The position numbers and the translations under genes were made by a program. A stretch of 64,000 bases of DNA from a bacterium (GTDB lineage: Bacteria > UBA8248 > JACPRG01 > G963555815). The stretch covers positions 1,312,001 to 1,376,000 of the forward strand of contig OZ244653.1 in the NCBI GenBank assembly GCA_965218795.1. Reading direction: 5' to 3'. Positions 60,694 to 64,000 of the stretch are shown piece after piece (position 1 is the first letter of the stretch; every line of letters begins with the position of its first letter). The notes under the pieces are model-generated. The model did not search any database, was not told the DNA's origin, and was given only the letters and a program-made list of their open reading frames with translations.

Positions 60694-61965
60694 GTGAAAA
60701 CCAAACGGGTTCGATCCGGTGCGCCCCAGCCGGTGGCCTACTATTCCGAGGCCATGACAGCCGGTCCCCTGGTATTCGCCGCCGGACAGATCGCCAGCGA
60801 TTTTACAACCGGCATTCCTCCGGAAGCCCGTGTAGATCCCGCCTTTCCCTACTACGGCTCCGACATCAAGCGACAGACCGAATACATCCTCAAGACCGTG
60901 TCGAAAACCTTCGAGGCGGCCGGGACATCCCTCGACAACGTGATCAAAGCCCAGGTCTTCCTCCCCGACCTCAACCATTTCTTCGCCTTCGACGAGGTCT
61001 GGAAAGAATTCTTCAAAATGCCGCCCCCGCGCACGACGGTCGGGACAACGGGCCTCCTCGCGCCGGGTTGTCTCGTCGAGATCGATCTTATCGCCTATCG
61101 TCCCCGTCCAGGGTGGAAGCACGAGGTGGTTCGATCGAAAGCGCCCCGGCCCCTCGCCAACTACTCCGAGGCCTTCCGGGTGGGAGACTTCGTCTTCGCC
61201 GCGGGGCAGGTCGCCAGCGACTACCGGACCGGCATCCCGCCCGAAGCCGGGGTAGACCCCGCCTTTCCCTACTACGGCTCCGACATCAAGCGGCAGACCG
61301 AATACATCCTCAACAACCTCTCCAAGACCTTCGAGGCGGCCGGGACCTCGCTCGACCATGTGGTCAAGGCCCAGGTCTTCCTCACCGACCTCGACCATTT
61401 CTTCGCCTTCGACGAGGTCTGGAAAGAATTCTTCAAAATGCCGCCCCCGCGCACGACGGTCGGGACGACAGGCCTTTTGGTGCCGGGCTGTCTGGTCGAA
61501 ATCGACCTCATCGCTTACGTTCCTCGAAAGGGGTTAAAACGCGAGGTGGTTCGATCGAAAGCGCCCCGGCCCCTCGCCAACTACTCCGAGGCCTTCCGGG
61601 TGGGAGACTTCGTCTTCGCCGCGGGGCAGGTCGCCAGCGACTACCAGACCGGCATCCCGCCCGAAGCCGGGGTAGACCCCGCCTTTCCCTACTACGGCTC
61701 CGACATCAAGCGTCAGACCGAATACATCTTCAACAACCTCTCCAAGACCTTCGAAGCGGCCGGGACCTCGCTCGACCATGTAGTCAAGGCCCAGGTCTTC
61801 CTGGCCGACGACGAGTTGGAGGGGCTTTACTCGAAGGCGGCCGCCCGGGATGAGGTTTGGCGAAGCTTCTTCAAGACACCGCCCCCGCGCACGACGGTCG
61901 GGACGACGGGTCTGCTGGTGCCCGGGAGCTTGATCGAGATCGACCTGATCGGCGTTATGGGTTGA
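60694..61965 (+). CDS. Triple tandem RidA (YjgF/UK114) domain protein
   Basis: Three ~140-aa units, each with YSEA, AGQ, PPRTTV and EIDLI; 420-bp DNA period. Confidence 0.92.
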   Translation: MKTKRVRSGAPQPVAYYSEAMTAGPLVFAAGQIASDFTTGIPPEARVDPAFPYYGSDIKRQTEYILKTVSKTFEAAGTSLDNVIKAQVFLPDLNHFFAFDEVWKEFFKMPPPRTTVGTTGLLAPGCLVEIDLIAYRPRPGWKHEVVRSKAPRPLANYSEAFRVGDFVFAAGQVASDYRTGIPPEAGVDPAFPYYGSDIKRQTEYILNNLSKTFEAAGTSLDHVVKAQVFLTDLDHFFAFDEVWKEFFKMPPPRTTVGTTGLLVPGCLVEIDLIAYVPRKGLKREVVRSKAPRPLANYSEAFRVGDFVFAAGQVASDYQTGIPPEAGVDPAFPYYGSDIKRQTEYIFNNLSKTFEAAGTSLDHVVKAQVFLADDELEGLYSKAAARDEVWRSFFKTPPPRTTVGTTGLLVPGSLIEIDLIGVMG

Positions 61966-61993
61966 GAAGAGATTCTCTCTTCGCTCGATCCTG

Positions 61994-62250
61994 CTACGGA
62001 TTCGCGGGTTTCCTTGGCTCGACGATTTCCAAGACCTTCTCGGGCGTGAACGGAAGAGTTTTGAGTAGGCGCCCGAGGGCCGGGAAGGTTCTCTTCACCT
62101 TGCGCGAGGGAATTTGGCCCTCGTAGCTTCCTTCAGTCGGCCGTTGACCGGATTGCGAATCGTCTCGAACGGTTCTCATCCTGAAGGCAGGTAGGAGGCT
62201 GGTGACCTTTTCCATGACATTTTCCGGCGTGAACGGGAGGAGTCTCCCGC
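61994..62250. repeat. Cluster of three XDH-like gene 3'-end fragments
   Basis: 62081-62133 matches 53083-53135 at 48/53 nt; minus-strand LPFTPEKV and LPFTPENV fragments flank it. Confidence 0.8.
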
Positions 62251-62312
62251 GAGTCGGACAAGAATCAGTGGAAGGAGGAGGAACGGCTATCCTCGGCAGT
62301 GGGCCGCGAATC

Positions 62313-63251
62313 TCACCCCGCTCCCTTCCGGTAGGGAATGCCGATGGCCGCCGGTCCCTGGGTGCGGCCGCCGAAAAGCACCAGGATGACGAGTGTGAGG
62401 ACGTACGGAAACATCAGCATGAACTGGTGCGGGATATCGAACCCGAGGCCCTGCGCCCGGAACTGGAGCGCGTCGGCCCCGCCGAAAATCAGGCAGGCGA
62501 TCAGTCCCCCAACCGGATCCCATCGGCCGAAAATCAACGCGGCCAGGGCGATGAACCCCCGTCCGCCCACCATCTCGTCCATGAAGAAATGAAGCTGGCC
62601 GAGGGACATGAAAGCCCCGCCCGCGCCCACGAGCACGCCTGAGATCACAACGCAGACGTACCGCACCCGCTCGGGATTGATCCCCACGGTGTCGGCGGCG
62701 CGGGGGTGCTCCCCGGTCGAGAGGACCATGAGTCCCCACCGGGTCCGGTACAGGATGACGGAGAACAGGGGGACCAGCAGGAGGGCGACATAGACCAGGA
62801 GGTGTTGATGGAACAGGATCGCCCCCACGTAGGGGATGTCTCCCAAAAGAGGGACCTTGACGGGATTGAAGTGGGGAACGATGCGCTGCTGGTCCTTGAG
62901 GCCGAAGAGGATCCGGATCAGAAAGCTGCTCATGCCCAGGCCGATAATGTTGATGGCGGCACCCGAGACAATCTGATTGGCCTTGAGGGATACCGAGACA
63001 AAGGCATGGACCCAGGCGATCAGCCCGCCGGCGAGAACTCCGCAGAGGAAACCAATCCAGGGACTGTGCAGGTACCACGCGCCGAGCACGCCCGTGAGCG
63101 CGGCCATGAGCATGATGCCTTCCAAGCCGATGTTGATCACGCCGGCCCGTTCGTTCAGGATTCCGCCCAGCGTAGCGAACAGAATGGGCGTCGACAGGCG
63201 GACCGTCGCCCCGACAAAGTCGGCGTCAAAGAGCTGGAGGAAGGCTTCCAC
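62313..63251 (-). CDS. Nucleoside/sugar (CUT2-type) ABC permease
   Basis: ERAGVINIGLEG, GEHPRAADTVGI, GRGFIALAALIFGRW. Confidence 0.9.
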   Translation of the reverse strand: MEAFLQLFDADFVGATVRLSTPILFATLGGILNERAGVINIGLEGIMLMAALTGVLGAWYLHSPWIGFLCGVLAGGLIAWVHAFVSVSLKANQIVSGAAINIIGLGMSSFLIRILFGLKDQQRIVPHFNPVKVPLLGDIPYVGAILFHQHLLVYVALLLVPLFSVILYRTRWGLMVLSTGEHPRAADTVGINPERVRYVCVVISGVLVGAGGAFMSLGQLHFFMDEMVGGRGFIALAALIFGRWDPVGGLIACLIFGGADALQFRAQGLGFDIPHQFMLMFPYVLTLVILVLFGGRTQGPAAIGIPYRKGAG

Positions 63252-63275
63252 CCGAAGGTCTCCTCGCCAAGCCGT

Positions 63276-64000
63276 CTAACGCTTCCGAGCCTGCAGCCAC
63301 TCACGGACCGCTACGCCCAGCATGAACAGAATGACCATTCCCTGAATGACCATCACCAGGGAGGTCGGAAGCCCGGTCTGCCGCTGCATTTGATTCGCGC
63401 CCACCCGAAGCGCCCCGAAGAGAAAGGCGGCGAAAATCACGCCGATGGGATCCGAACGGCCCAGGAAGGCCACGGCGATCCCGTCGAACCCATATCCCGG
63501 GGAGAAGAAATCCAGAAGCCGGTATTGTCCCCCCTGGATCTCCGTCGCGCCCGCCAGACCCGCCAGCCCTCCGCTGATTCCCATGGCCGCGAAGACGAAC
63601 CGGCGCACGGAAATCCCTGCGAACCGGGCCGCTTCCGGCCCCAGGCCGACCGCCCTGAGCTCCATGCCGAAGGGGGTTCTCCAGATCAGGTAGGAAAGAA
63701 TCATGGCGCACGCCACCGCCAGGAGGACCGCGACCGAAAGGTCCGTGCTCGCCTGGAGAATGGGAAGCCGGGCCGAGGGCTCGATTTGAGCCGTCTGATG
63801 GTAAAACCCGGGCGGCTCCGCAAGGGGACCCTGGACCAGATAGCTCACAAGATAGATGGCAACGAAATTCAGCATGATAGTCGTGATGATTTCGTTGATC
63901 CCCCGGGACGCGCGAAGATAGCCTGCGACCCCGCCCCAGAAAGCGCCGGCCAGAAACCCCGACAACAGACAAAGGGGGATATGCAGGAAAGACGGCAGGC
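63276..64000 (-). CDS. Nucleoside/sugar ABC permease, 5'-truncated by the window edge
   Basis: NEIITTIMLNF, GYGFDGIAVAFLG. Confidence 0.88.
   Translation of the reverse strand, partial: LPSFLHIPLCLLSGFLAGAFWGGVAGYLRASRGINEIITTIMLNFVAIYLVSYLVQGPLAEPPGFYHQTAQIEPSARLPILQASTDLSVAVLLAVACAMILSYLIWRTPFGMELRAVGLGPEAARFAGISVRRFVFAAMGISGGLAGLAGATEIQGGQYRLLDFFSPGYGFDGIAVAFLGRSDPIGVIFAAFLFGALRVGANQMQRQTGLPTSLVMVIQGMVILFMLGVAVREWLQARKR

Overview
GC-rich bacterial chromosome segment with no rRNA, tRNA or CRISPR array seen. The backbone is transport and catabolism: a Liv-type ABC operon, an S8 lipoprotein protease, pyrR with an M20 hydrolase, an enamidase operon, copA, trxA, ubiD, a decayed sugar-type ABC operon, ispH, a Rieske oxygenase, an asparaginase-like protein, an XDH-family Mo subunit and a triple-RidA fusion. 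Accessory patches interrupt it: a tandem tyrosine-integrase pair with IS debris (1.5-5 kb), a defence island with DUF262+HEPN, a Zn-ribbon/NDT-like gene and an MmeI-like R-M gene (27-33 kb), a lone HEPN gene, a damaged hicAB, and a Type IIG/ISP-like R-M gene beside an integrase remnant (53-58 kb). The best candidates for something new are the DUF262-HEPN pair, the NDT-like gene coupled to the MmeI-like enzyme, and two cases of cargo bracketed by duplicated 3' ends of protein-coding genes (ubiD, xdh). The xdh case includes a cluster of three alternative XDH C-terminal tails. All family calls come from motif recognition by eye; no database search was run.
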